Part shown: positions 27,160 through 46,606 of the stretch, piece after piece
Position numbering within the stretch: the first letter of the stretch is position 1
Layout: every line of letters begins with the position of its first letter
From: Podarcis tiliguerta
Taxonomy: Eukaryota
Assembly (NCBI GenBank): GCA_965153285.1
Contig: OZ229110.1
Direction: 5' to 3' (one strand)
DNA length: 64,000 nt
Notes under the pieces: generated by a model
Told to the model about the DNA's origin: nothing
Database searches by the model: none
What the model saw: only the letters and a program-made list of their open reading frames with translations
Made by a program: the position numbers and the translations under genes

Positions 27160-30100
27160 CTATTTGTCTTTTGCATCCAGCTAAAAATAGAAAGAACATT
27201 ATTTGTCTATGAAGCTTGCTTGTTCCAAAGTCCATCCATTCAACAGCTGATACTGACTAAAGTGAAAAAGCAACAACACAGAGAAGGAAATGATTCGTTT
27301 ACAGTTAAATGAAAGCATATCACTGTTGAGTTGTAAGAATACAAGTACATAGGGAAATGCCATTAATTCTAACATCACAGAATCACAGAACTGTAGAGTT
27401 GGAAGGGACTCATCTAGTCCATTGTTTTGGGAGGGGGTATTCATTTGATTTGTTCTTATTTTGTATTTTTATGCTGTTTACCTCCCCAAGATCTTCGGAT
27501 GAAGGGTGGTATACAAAATTAATAATAATCAAATCGTACAATCCCCTGAAATTCATGACATATGGCCATCCAACCTCTGCTTAAAAACCTCCAATGAAGG
27601 AGAGTCCACCACCTTCCGAGGAAGCCCCTTCCACTGTCAAACAGCTCTTGCAGTTAAAAAGGTCTTCCTGATGTTTACTAAGAATCTCCTTTCATGTAAC
27701 TTGAAACCTTTTGTTTGGGTCCTACCCTCCAGAGCAGGAGAAAAAAACTCCCTCAACCATTCCTCATGAGGTTTGGTCTCCAGACCCTTGATCATCTTGG
27801 TCAACCTCCTCTGCACATGTTCCAGCTTGTCAATATCCTTTTTAAATTGTGGCACCCAGAACTGGACACAGTGCCCAAGTGTGGTCTGACCAAGACAGAA
27901 TAGAGCAATATCATTACTCCCCTTGATCTGGACATTGTACTTCTGTTAATGCAGCCTAGAATAGCATTAGCTTTTTTGCTGCTGTATCACACTGTTGGTT
28001 CATGTTAAACTTGTGGTCTACCAGGACCTCTAGAACCTTTTCACTTGTACTACTGGCATGCCAGATACCCATCTTGTACAGGTCATATTATGTCAAGACG
28101 GGATCAACTGCTCTTTTCAGAACTACTGCAATGTTTGTACTCGTGAGAGATTCTGCAAGTGAAATGGGGAGAGAAAATAAAACCTTTTCAACTCAAACTT
28201 TCATACCTTTTCTTTTTCCTTCTTCATTAATTCTTGCAACTCCTCCTTCCAGCCCAACAGTTCCACTACTTTTTCCACTCCAATGATGACGTCTCCCAGT
28301 TCAGCCACATCACTGTGCTGTGGCTGATGAGCGAATGGTCCCACCAATTCCCGATTGATCAGCACACGTGGAACAGAGCTACGAATTGCATAAACTAGAC
28401 TGGCAAATGGCTCCACCTAAAAGCCAAACACCAAAAGGAAAAGGCTGCATATTCTGCTCCAAAGTGAAAGTCACAGCTCAAAAGAAATTCATAACACCTT
28501 GAGATCTATTGATCTATCGAACAACTGTAATAATGCACCCCAATACTGGTTAATGAAGAGTGCTATATGGTAGTGTAAATGAGAACCTGCTAACAAAAAG
28601 GAAATATGTTACCTATTGTACAGTGGTTCTGCTAAATGCCCACTTGAAGCAATTCAAACTTTATTTCAGGTTATCCTTTCAACAAGTCAGGTAGGTAGGT
28701 TAGCAATATTATTCCTAAGTGAAAGAGTATAGCTGAGGCTTGTAAGAAAACGACTTGCTCACAGCCATCCAGTGAGTTTGTATCTAATCTAATATTTGAA
28801 CCAAAGCCTTCCTATTTCAGGGTGCATACCCTTGGCCATGGGTAGGCAAACCAAGACCTGGGGGCCGGATTCAGCACAATTGCCTTCTAAATCCGGCCCG
28901 CAGGCGGTCAGGGAATCAGCATGTTTTTACATAAGTAGAATGTGCACTTTTATTTAAAATGCATCTCTGGGTTATTTGTGGGGCCTGCCTGGTGTTTTTA
29001 CATGAGTAGAATGTGTGCTTTTATTTAAAATGCATCTCTGGGTTATTTGTGAGGCATAGGAATTTGTTCATTTCTCCCCCCCCCCAAAAAAAACCACACA
29101 GTCCAACCCCCCCCACAAGGTCTGAGGGACAGTGGACTGGCCCCCTGCTGAAAGAGTTTGCTGACCCCTGCCCTTGGCCATACACTGTACCAGCTATTCA
29201 CCCTCAATTAATGCAGAGCATTTGAACAGCAGCTAAGGAAATCTACATGCTTCTTATTTAGGAAATGATATGTACTGATTCGTCATTGATCCCTACAGTA
29301 CATGTGATTGAGTCCATATTGCTCTCCCTTTCCCCTGCTAACACAGTTGCTGATGGGGCAATGCGCATGTTAAGATTTCTATTGTGTGTGCTGGGATAAT
29401 GTCAGAGAGGAAAAACTGCTTGCATTTCCAATATTCCTGACTTTGTACACAACAATATTTAGTTAAGACTGTCTTGTCATATGTCTATGCTTAAGGCACA
29501 TTTACTTCTGCTCTGCCACTGAGAGATGATAACACTGATTCTGCCTCTCCCTACATCACTAGATACACAAAATCATTTCTTCAATTTTGGCAATCTATGC
29601 TTCCCGAGCTATTTATAAATCCTTCTTACACATTTCCCAAGATGCACTTGACTTTGTTGATCCCTGAATTGCCACCCTCGCTTTCCCTTTGGATCCGCAT
29701 TGCTTTCCAGAGTCCCCGAACCACTCTGTCTCAATACCCCAGCTTTCATTCTCTTCCCATGTTCATGATAGCGCAGACCTCAAGGGAGGTTCCAATGACA
29801 AAGAGCAGGTCTGCCATTGGAAAATCTGTCACGTGCAAGAAGAACCGATGAGGGAGCTCCTCTCCAAAAAAAACAATGTCAGGTTTGACCATTCCAGTAC
29901 ACACAGGGCACTTGGGGATCTTGTCAGCCATCACATCCTCCTATGATAACACAGAAAGCAGGATATGAGTCCACAAGCAGGCAGTATAAGCCACACATTA
30001 TATCACTTGAAATTACAAGGGACACTTTCCATTGGTACTATTGACTGAACATCCCAAGCATTAATGAAAGTAAAAGCAAACCTGTGAACCCCGCAAAACA

Positions 30101-33100
30101 GGATTCTTGGTGCCTAAGCCAAACATAACCAGCACCCTCTGGAGTACGCTTGATATTCCTGGAGTGGTGTATCTGCTGTGCTGTCACTTACCCTGAAGTC
30201 TTCACCAGGGTATGACCTTCGACAGACAGTGCATGTAGCAGAAGCAAATGTACCATGAGCCTCAACTAGCTTATCTGGAGGAATCCCAGCAACTAGAACA
30301 CAAAACTCAGAGTTAAGGTCAATTCGGCCCAAACGTTCCATCAATGCAAAGGAAGTGGGGAATACTCTCCCTGCCATCCAAAGGTTTGCTGCAGTATCTC
30401 TAACATTAGCCTAGATTTTTATTTCTTAGATCCAAATTGAGGGGATGGGGAGACGTACCTCTCTCCAGCCCATCAATGTTCTGTGTGTACAGACGCAGAA
30501 GGAGCCCTTTGTCAAGTAGAAGTCGGAGAAAGTAATGAGCATAGTTGGGCCTGTAATTGCCAGGGTATAACTCCTTGGCCAATGTAAAGAAAGGCTTAGG
30601 ATTGTGGAAAAAGTAGTTAAGCTCAAATATGGCTTCTGGATAAGGAATATTATACTGCTGGAGATTACTGTAGAGGCCACTCCCAGGGGACCTGTGGAGA
30701 CAAGAGGGGAAGAAAACTACAGAACATGCCAGGAAACCAAGCCATTGCAAAGGTTTTTCATGTGCTGGTATACCCCTATTAGAAATAAATTCACATGAGA
30801 AAACACAGTTGAGGAATATTTTATCACAAGTTTGTCAAGAAGTCATACCACCAAAGTGGGCTATCAGTTGATATGTGAACAGCTTATGGTGAACAGGAAG
30901 GAGAATTCAGCAGTGGAGGACTCTCTCAAGAAGCAATGGCGCTTTTAAGATGGGAGGAGACCCCGTGACAATGATACCAGAAAATGAGAAGGAAGGTAGC
31001 TGATAGCATGCCTGGTAAGAGAACTTCAAACAGGATAAGGGTGTTTTAATTTGATATAGTAGCATGTTGTTTCACTCTTTATCAGCATAGCAGGATCAAA
31101 CAAGCAAATGAGAACTTCAGCAAAATGTGACACTTCCCTGAGACCAAAGATCTTTACATAAATACTCAGATTAAACATGCCTTCCTTTCAGAAATGTGCT
31201 GAAAGTTCAAAGCAGAAGATGATTGTGCAGGACATTGGCTAGCACTGCATAAAGCCACCTAAAACATCCCTCTCTAATCCCCAATAGCAGTTTTTCACCT
31301 TACTGCCTTATTTTTTAAAAAGAAATCTGTTAAAAGTTTCTTTTTTTAAAAAAAAGGGCAATGGCTGAATGGTTATAGGCATAAGTGTTCACAAAATGCT
31401 TTCAAAAATTAAATAAAGGCAGCTGACAATCCACATGAAGGAGGGGGAGGTGCGTGACTGGTAAAATAGCATTCTGTTCACAAATGCGTGTCTGTCATTT
31501 CATGCACAACACCTGGTGTATTTGCTCTGGATTCTGTTGCTATTTGTTTTTGAACATAGGTTGCAATCCATAAAAGGGGAAATTCTGGATGCAAGAAAAT
31601 CAAATTAAATAGTTAAAGGACCTATTGTGGCATCCTCCATGTAGCATAAAACTTATTTGGCATTAAGGGACTATACCGTTAACGGACCTTGTTTGGTGCG
31701 ATGTTGGGATAGGGAAAAAAGTTACACCAACAGTTCCAGCCTCTTCATTCAATTCCAAAAAAAGAGCCTGGTTCACTCTTACTGCCTGTGCCCTATTCTT
31801 GAAGCTGCTCCATCTATGACTGGGCAGTGTGGTGGCTGCTGAAGAGTTTCCACAAGGTGGGGACTTTACAGAGTAGGGAAAATGTCTGTACAGTCAAGAG
31901 AGCAAGCAGTTTGAGTGTTACCTGAAATCGGGGATACCACTAGGAGTGCTGAGCCCTGCTCCAGTCATCACCACAACTCTCTTGCATTCTTTCTTCTGAA
32001 TTAGTTCTGTCACATCCTTCAGGGTGAGCTGCTCCTTTTGACCATCATTTCTTCCTCTGCCACCTCCAAAGAATACCATTAGAGCAGTGGATAATGAAAA
32101 GGGCCTGCCAGCAACATATGCAACGGGTTACAAAGAAACACATTCAAATGCCATTCACCAGAATGAGATTACTGGGAGAAAACTCAGTTTGTATTAGCAG
32201 TGAATTGGCATTGTTTTTAACAATGTGGCTTTACTCATCCTGTGTCTGGTGTCATATGACTTAAAGTGCGCTCTCAACACTTCCTTTGCTTGAATTCTAA
32301 AATAACTGAAGCCACAGCTGCAAAGGAAGAACCAGGAGCGCACTTTAAGTCAAGGAGATTCTTATATTCTTATGGGATAAGGTACAGAAACACAAATAAA
32401 TGCAAGCGTCTCAAGCACGTTTTGTGAAGGAAGGTGGAAGAATTCAAAGTCAAAATGAGCAGGGGAAAGGATATCATACCTCACTCCATAGGTACTTGCA
32501 ATCTTTTCTATTCTGCTTTCTGGAGTTCTTTGAAAGAAAAGATTTCCATTTGGAAAGACGAAGGTGGGTTTCAATGAAGTTAGGAGGAGTTTTCTGCAGG
32601 CCATAGAACCAGAAAAATTCCCATAATAATGTTGCTGGGAACATATCCAGCAATTCCTCCATCCTATAAAACATAACAACCATTTTCAAATGCAGGGCTT
32701 GTAATAGTTGGTTATATGAAATTTCACTGAGGAACAGAAAACCCATTTAACAGTGCAATCCCAACGATGTCTACTAAGAAGTCCTATTAAATTTCATGAG
32801 GCTTACTCACAAGTGAAGTGGGAGCAATAGAATTAACCCTAATTTAGTTAATTAAACATTTATTTTGAGGTAAGGAACCTTCATTCATAATCCAGGTGTG
32901 GCCCACAGGATCTCCCCTTTAGCTTACCAGTCTTTTCCCAGATCCAGAGCCATCTACTCAGCCCCTTCTCCCCCGCCCCTGCCCCACTGCTGAGCTGTAA
33001 TATTCAATCCGCAAAGTAGCCCAGGGAGAACAGATCATAATGAGGGGAGGAAAACCTCCCACTGTCCTGTGCTGCTCAGCTTACTGAAAATTACTGCTCA

Positions 33101-34836
33101 GTAGTGGGGAAGAGGGAACATGGCTGAGTCCTGCTGCTGAGCTGCCCATGAGCTGAGCTGAGCAGTTCTTCCTTCATGGGCAGTGTGGTGCATTTTTATT
33201 CTGCACAGTGAGAAAAGGAGTCCCTTTCACACTGTGCAGCACAAAAGTTAATTGAGCTGCTTCTGAAGGAAGAGATTACTTTCTTCCCCCATTGGCAGTT
33301 CCTGGGCTGAGCGTGGAGAAAGTAGAGTCCCATTCTCAGCATGTAGCACAGAAGCCATGCAAACAGAACGTGGTGCTCTTCAGAGGTTGTTGAACTATGA
33401 CTCTGATGCTTCCTGATCATTGACCAGCCTGTCTGGTGAAGGAGGAGGAGGAGGAGGAGTTTGGATTTGATATCCCGCTTTATCACTACCTGAAGGAGTC
33501 TCAAAGCGGCTAACAGTCTCCTTTCCCTTCCTCCCCCACAACAAACACTCTGTGAGGTGAGTGGGGCTGAGAGGCTTCAAAGAAGTGTGACTGGCCCAAG
33601 GTCACCCAGCAGCTGCATGTGGAGGAGCAGGGAAGCGAACCCGGTTCACCAGATTACGAGTCCACTGCTCTTAAGCACTACACCACACTGGCTCTGAGAG
33701 GGCACCACACTGGCGGCCTGATACAGTGTGTATATGTGCACGTGTTATGTACAGTGGTACCTCGGTTTAAGAACAGTCCTGTTTACGAACGATTCGGCTT
33801 ACGAACTCCACAAAACCGGAAGTAGTGTCGCGGTTTGTGAACATTACCTCGGTCTAAGAACGGAATCTGAATGGTGGAAGGGCACTGGCGGCAGGAGGCC
33901 TCATTAGGGAAAGCGCGCCTCGGTTTAAGAATGGACTTCCGGAACGGATTAAGTTCATAAACCAAGGTACCACTGTATGTAGATTTGTGAACGGGATGTG
34001 GTAGGTTTGTGAATGGGATGTGAGTGTCTATGTATGCTTTGACCCTGCCTTCTTTTGGCCTTGGCCCCAAACACTACAGGTGTATGGCCTTGACTACTCC
34101 TCCCCCCGCAAATGGAGCCCTGGAGAGTGGGAAAGGTTCCCCAGCCTTGTATTATATATGACTAGTATTTGCTGAAGAACATAAATTATTATTAAGTATC
34201 TCCTCATGCAGTTGTATAGACAAAGCAACAGGGTTTTCCTCCAAAGGAGACTCACACTTTATGCAACAAAAGGGGATAAAGGGGGATACACTGCAAAAGT
34301 CTGAGGTTACATTTTACTGCACTTCCTTCATATGGCTCCTTGGAGGATGTGAGAGTTATAAACCATTTTGCAGGCTAAAAGTGTTCTACAGACAGACAGA
34401 TGTAAAAAATTACCTACTCTAAATTGGTTCATAGAGGAAACACCTTAGCTCAGTGGTAGGCAGTATGTTTTCCATGCACAATGTCCCCGGCATCTCTAGT
34501 TATCTCACATAGCAGGGCCAAGGCCTCTGTCCACTTGAGAACTTGGAGAGCAGTTGCCTGTCAGAGTACTCAGCCAATGGTCTGATGCACTGTAAGAATC
34601 CTCCCTATATTCAACTTTCCTATTTATACTAAACATGCCAGCAATCTCCCTGAGTACCTGTAAGCTTTTCCATTCCAGGTCTTAGCTCTCCTAACTCTTC
34701 CAAAATCTGATATGCCCCTTCCAGTTCATTCATATTCTTCTGTATTAGATTGTTACTTACCTATTGGTCTCTGAAAACTTTCAGCACAAAGTGCATGCCT
34801 TCCTGCAGAGACTCTGTAATATAATCTCCGGTTCAT
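27160..34836 (-). CDS. SIRT3: NAD-dependent deacetylase sirtuin-3, mitochondrial; 8 coding exons in this model, 389 aa
   Basis: Core exons are 31922-32104 ([14 protein letters not shown]), 30459-30691 ([10 protein letters not shown]), 30192-30292 (VEAHG, CTVC), 29779-29940 ([19 protein letters not shown]), 28207-28416 (LINRE) and 27160-27180 (LDAKDK*). The N-terminal exons 34761-34836 and 32480-32663 are inferred from splice sites and phase and are less certain. Head-to-head with PSMD13. Confidence 0.93.
27372..28070 (-). mobile_element. CR1 LINE 3' fragment
   Basis: Minus-strand peptide [25 protein letters not shown]...[19 protein letters not shown], plus a CR1-type 3' end (ttccaactctac...ttctgtgattctgtg). 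Located in the last SIRT3 intron. Confidence 0.85.
28837..29170. mobile_element. Non-autonomous hAT (Charlie-like) DNA transposon
   Basis: TIRs catgggtaggcaaac / gtttgctgacccctg. Exact 8-bp TSD cccttggc at 28829-28836 and 29171-29178. Contains an internal tandem duplication of about 60-70 bp. Confidence 0.85.
33438..33695 (-). mobile_element. tRNA-derived CORE-type SINE (Squam3-like)
   Basis: The minus strand reads agagccagtgtggtgtagtg (A box)...ggttcgcttccc (B box)...gggtgaccttgggccagtcac (CORE-like), ending in a (CCT)n tail. Nearly identical to the copy at 44938-45190. Confidence 0.85.
33752..33975. mobile_element. Tc1/mariner (Tigger/pogo-like) MITE
   Basis: TA TSD and TIRs cagtggtacctcggttta / taaaccaaggtaccactg. 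Confidence 0.85.
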
Positions 34837-35489
34837 TTCCCTCCAGCCGCCTAGTCCTGCACCAGAGAAAGAAAAATCAAGAGGTTTCTATGTCTTCTAT
34901 GTTCTTGCCTTTATTAATGGCTCTACTCATGCAGGTTGGCAGGAGGCTGGTATCACTCTGTATCTCGCCAGTTTCCTGTTTGGGTTGTATTTGTGGTCTG
35001 AAGGTTACAGAAGATCTGGAGTAGAGCAGTAGGGCAAAGCACCACTCTTGTTTGCTTTCAGTGATCTTGAGCCTGAAAGAACAGCTGAAAAGCTCTTTAC
35101 CTTAATGTTCCTAAAAGAAGAGCCTAGATCCGCTCATGCTAAAAATCCATCTCTTACGGTCCCCACCACCCTTGCAGTAGCTTTTTGGAGATGAATTGCA
35201 CCACCACTTAAGGCATTATGCTACAAAACTGCTTGTTATACACTGCTGCTCTGAACTGGCAATAGCTTTTTTCTTCGCAGTAGGTTCTGCTGGGTGTAAT
35301 GTCGTTCACAGTGGCTTTTTTTATGGGGCGCCACTAGTCTCCGACTGCCGTAATTGCCCAAGAACCACAGCTCTGTGTTTCATTCATTTTAAGGCAAGGC
35401 CCACTTCAGACACACAACCCCATCCAGGATATTATTCTTTTTAGCATTTTCGAAACCAATATACAGCAATGAGCGCAACAATTTTGTTC

Positions 35490-43626
<8,137 letters not shown>

Positions 43627-44210
43627 AGGACTTTGCACTGGCTGAGGGAATGTCTTGTACTGTTGCTGAAACTGGCAGTGCCCTGACCACTGACTCTGTA
43701 CTGAATTCTATTAACAGGGGGGCTAGGGGAGGAGGGAAAGAACTACTTTTCTGATGCTTGTACAGAGGACTAAGTGGCCTTTGCTGTGTAACCCTTTGGT
43801 GCTTGGAGTCGGGAATTCCCTCCTACGTGCTAAGCCATTTGATTAGCATTCTCCTTGGGAGCTCCCATCCTGCTGCCACCAAAGGCAATAAGGACTCCTT
43901 CATGGTGGATTAATCGGTCTTGGTGTGAGGCTGCCGCAATGGAGGATGTTTGGGGCTTATGGGCTAAAGGGTGGAGGTCACTAGCTCCGCAGTGGGATGG
44001 CAGCAGGACTTCCATTGTGCATTTAGGGTGTAAGAAGGAAGGGCCATCTTCAGTCATTGGGCATTTCAGACAGACGTGGGGGGGAGAGCATGACCTTTCT
44101 CCCTGCCAGTCCAAAGGCAGCATAAATGAGAACAAATGCCTCTTTCCCCTAGTCTCCCTCTGTTTTGCAGTAGAGGAAACTGCTCAAACCCCATCAATGA
44201 GTTTTCCAAG

Positions 44211-44216
44211 AATAAA
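44211..44216 (+). terminator. Probable PSMD13 polyadenylation signal
   Basis: AATAAA about 585 nt after the stop, with downstream T/GT-rich sequence. A second AATAAA lies at 44318-44323. Confidence 0.6.
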
Positions 44217-44914
44217 ATCATAAATTTAATGGATTTGTTTTTATACTCTCCTTGGGTTTGCTCTTGTCTTTTATGAACGTTTTATCCTGAAGTGTGATGC
44301 AGTCAAATAACTGCTGGAATAAACTTCTCTGCCTTCCCTCTTGCGCAGTTCTGTTGGTATGCTTTACACTGAGTCTTGAATTGAGCAGCAGTCCTATTAT
44401 AAGAAGCCAAAACCAGAGTTAGCAGCTTACTTGTGCCCTTCAGAGATCAGTGGGTTTTAAATAATAATACTACTAATCACATATCTATGGAAGGCATGAT
44501 TTCGATGTTAGTATTGCTCTCAGTCTTAGAGCAGTAATGGGTGGCTCTGGACTTGATCATGAAAAGGGGCTCTGTTCTCCAATTTTTGAATACATATGAA
44601 ATATCTATTTTAAAAAGCTTTTAGGTTTCCGTGACAATTTTTCAGCTTCATGTTTAAAGGTGAAATGGACATCTAATGATAAAGGCTTCTCTGGTAGGGC
44701 TTTTTGGTGACCAATTGGCATTCATCCACAATAGGGTGCTCACCAATGTTAAAGGTTATCTTGAAAAGCATCTTTTTCACTGTGACTTTCACCTTGGACA
44801 TGCCGTTAGTAAACTAAATCTGCCCTTGTTTTAGTTCTGGTCAGATTCCCTTGGGGGAGGAAAATGTCCAGATTTTCTTTAAAAATTGAACATAGAGAAA
44901 TGGTGGGGGAAGTA

Positions 44915-45329
44915 GGCTTACAGCTTAGTCTACAGTAGAAGAAGAAGAAGAGTTTGGATTTGATATCCTGCCTTTCACTCCCTTTTAAGGAGTCTCAAAG
45001 CGGCTAACATTCTCCTTTCCCCTCCTCCCCCACAACAAACACTCTGTGAGGTGAGTGGGGCTGAGAGACTTCAAAGAAGTATGACTGGCCCAAGGTCACC
45101 CAGCAGCTGCATGTGGAGGAGCGGAGACGTGAACCGGGCCCCCCAGATTATGAGACTACCGCTCTTAACCACTACACCACACTGGCTCTCAAGAGCATGA
45201 GACCCTTAATCTCAAGGTCGTGGGTTTGAGCCCCACATTGGCCAAAGATTCCTGAATTGCAGGAGGCTGGACTAGATGAAGCTGGGGGGGGGGGGGAGTC
45301 CCTTCCAACTTTACAATTCTATGATTCTA
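44915..45329 (+). mobile_element. tRNA-Lys(CTT)-derived SINE with CR1-type 3' tail, interrupted
   Basis: agagcatgagacccttaatctcaaggtcgtgggtttgagccccacattgg follows the tRNA-Lys-CTT 3' two-thirds. It ends in a CR1-like tail, gtcccttccaactttacaattctatgattct. Confidence 0.7.
44938..45190 (-). mobile_element. tRNA-derived CORE-type SINE (Squam3-like), nested in another SINE
   Basis: Near-identical to 33438-33695, with a (CTT)n tail. Confidence 0.85.
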
Positions 45330-46410
45330 GGGAAATCATAGGACCAGATATTTTTCTCTAAATTAATGAGAACTGTGGTGATGGTGAATTGATCATTATG
45401 ATTAGATTATCTACCATTCACAAGTTCCCAGGACTGGTCAGAGCAGTGTAAAATGTCTTGTAAAAAACTATTAATCACTCACAAAGGGGCTGACTGGCCT
45501 ATCTCATGTCAAAAAATCAGCAGCTAATAGTTCTTTGGTCATCTGCTAAAGAAACTAAAAGTATAATAACTAGCTGCTGCCAGTTGTGTATTAACAGCTT
45601 TCTGATAGCATCACAGCCTTGCTCAGTTACACTGGTTTATAACTGATAACATTGCAAAAAGTGCGACATGAAGCCACATCACTCAACCTTTTATAGGTGT
45701 GGGGTTGGCTAACTGATTATATTGATACAGATAGTTGTGTGCTTTTGTACAACTGCATTTACAACATATAATTTCCACTAATTCAGCTGAGTTTCAAAGT
45801 GGTCCATTTTAACTGTGTACTGTGTATTCCAGTCTTTAGTCCTTGTGAGGGGGATAATGCATCTATCTGTAACAAAAGTATGTAGAGGCCATTGTTAGTG
45901 ACAGCATACCTTGTTCTTAGAGATGGTAAATTGGTTTCTCAGTTGTATTGATCCAACCTGCAGTAGCAGCTTCGAATTTGAAAGAGTTCTAGTCAAGCCA
46001 TCACCCTGACATGCTAATTATCTATGTGCAGCATTTGTTTGCTTTTCTGGAGGGGCATTTCATTAAGTTAGTCCCCTCCTGCAGTCTGGAATGGCACATC
46101 CTAGAAAAAGGCTAACAGTCAGTGTTGCTTGTTTCTTGCTTTCACTTTAAAGTGGGTTGAAAAGTATCTGTGGAACACATTTACTTAGAAGCAAGTCCCA
46201 CTATGTACTCTGTGTATAGGATTGGGACTTGAGAGACATGAGAAGGCACTGCTTAATTGAGAAGGCTGTTAACCACATTCTCCTTTTTCTGTTGTACCAT
46301 CTCCAAGTTTGTGGCAGAAATGAGATTTTAACTGGGGAATTTCAGATTTACAGCTTGATCTTCCAAGCCACTGCGCTATGCTAACTGATTCACTTCTTTC
46401 CTTGGCATGT

Positions 46411-46416
46411 TTTATT
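46411..46416 (-). terminator. Probable COX8B polyadenylation signal
   Basis: AATAAA on the minus strand about 190 nt after the TGA. Confidence 0.6.
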
Positions 46417-46606
46417 ATTTCATGTTGCTATAGGGAAGAGGAATAAGGGGCATTTTTTCCTGAACAAACAAGTTCCACTGTGGTTTTTTAAAAGCAATTT
46501 TTTAATTATAAAAACAGCAAGAGACAGCTTTGCATATGGGAGGATGCAAGTTCCTTTGGCATCTGCTTTGTGACCACGTTCATAGTGGAGAACTTCTGCC
46601 TGTGAT

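Noticed and set aside
32474-32746. 90-aa ORF ([10 protein letters not shown]...) as a SIRT3 exon frame
   Set aside because: Wrong phase for joining to the next SIRT3 exon. The alternative frame (GWRNCWIC...) fits both flanking phases.
45191-45245. Possible functional tRNA-Lys(CTT) gene
   Set aside because: The 5' end is split off by an insertion, the anticodon arm and T-loop are mutated, and it continues into a CR1-like tail. It is a SINE head.
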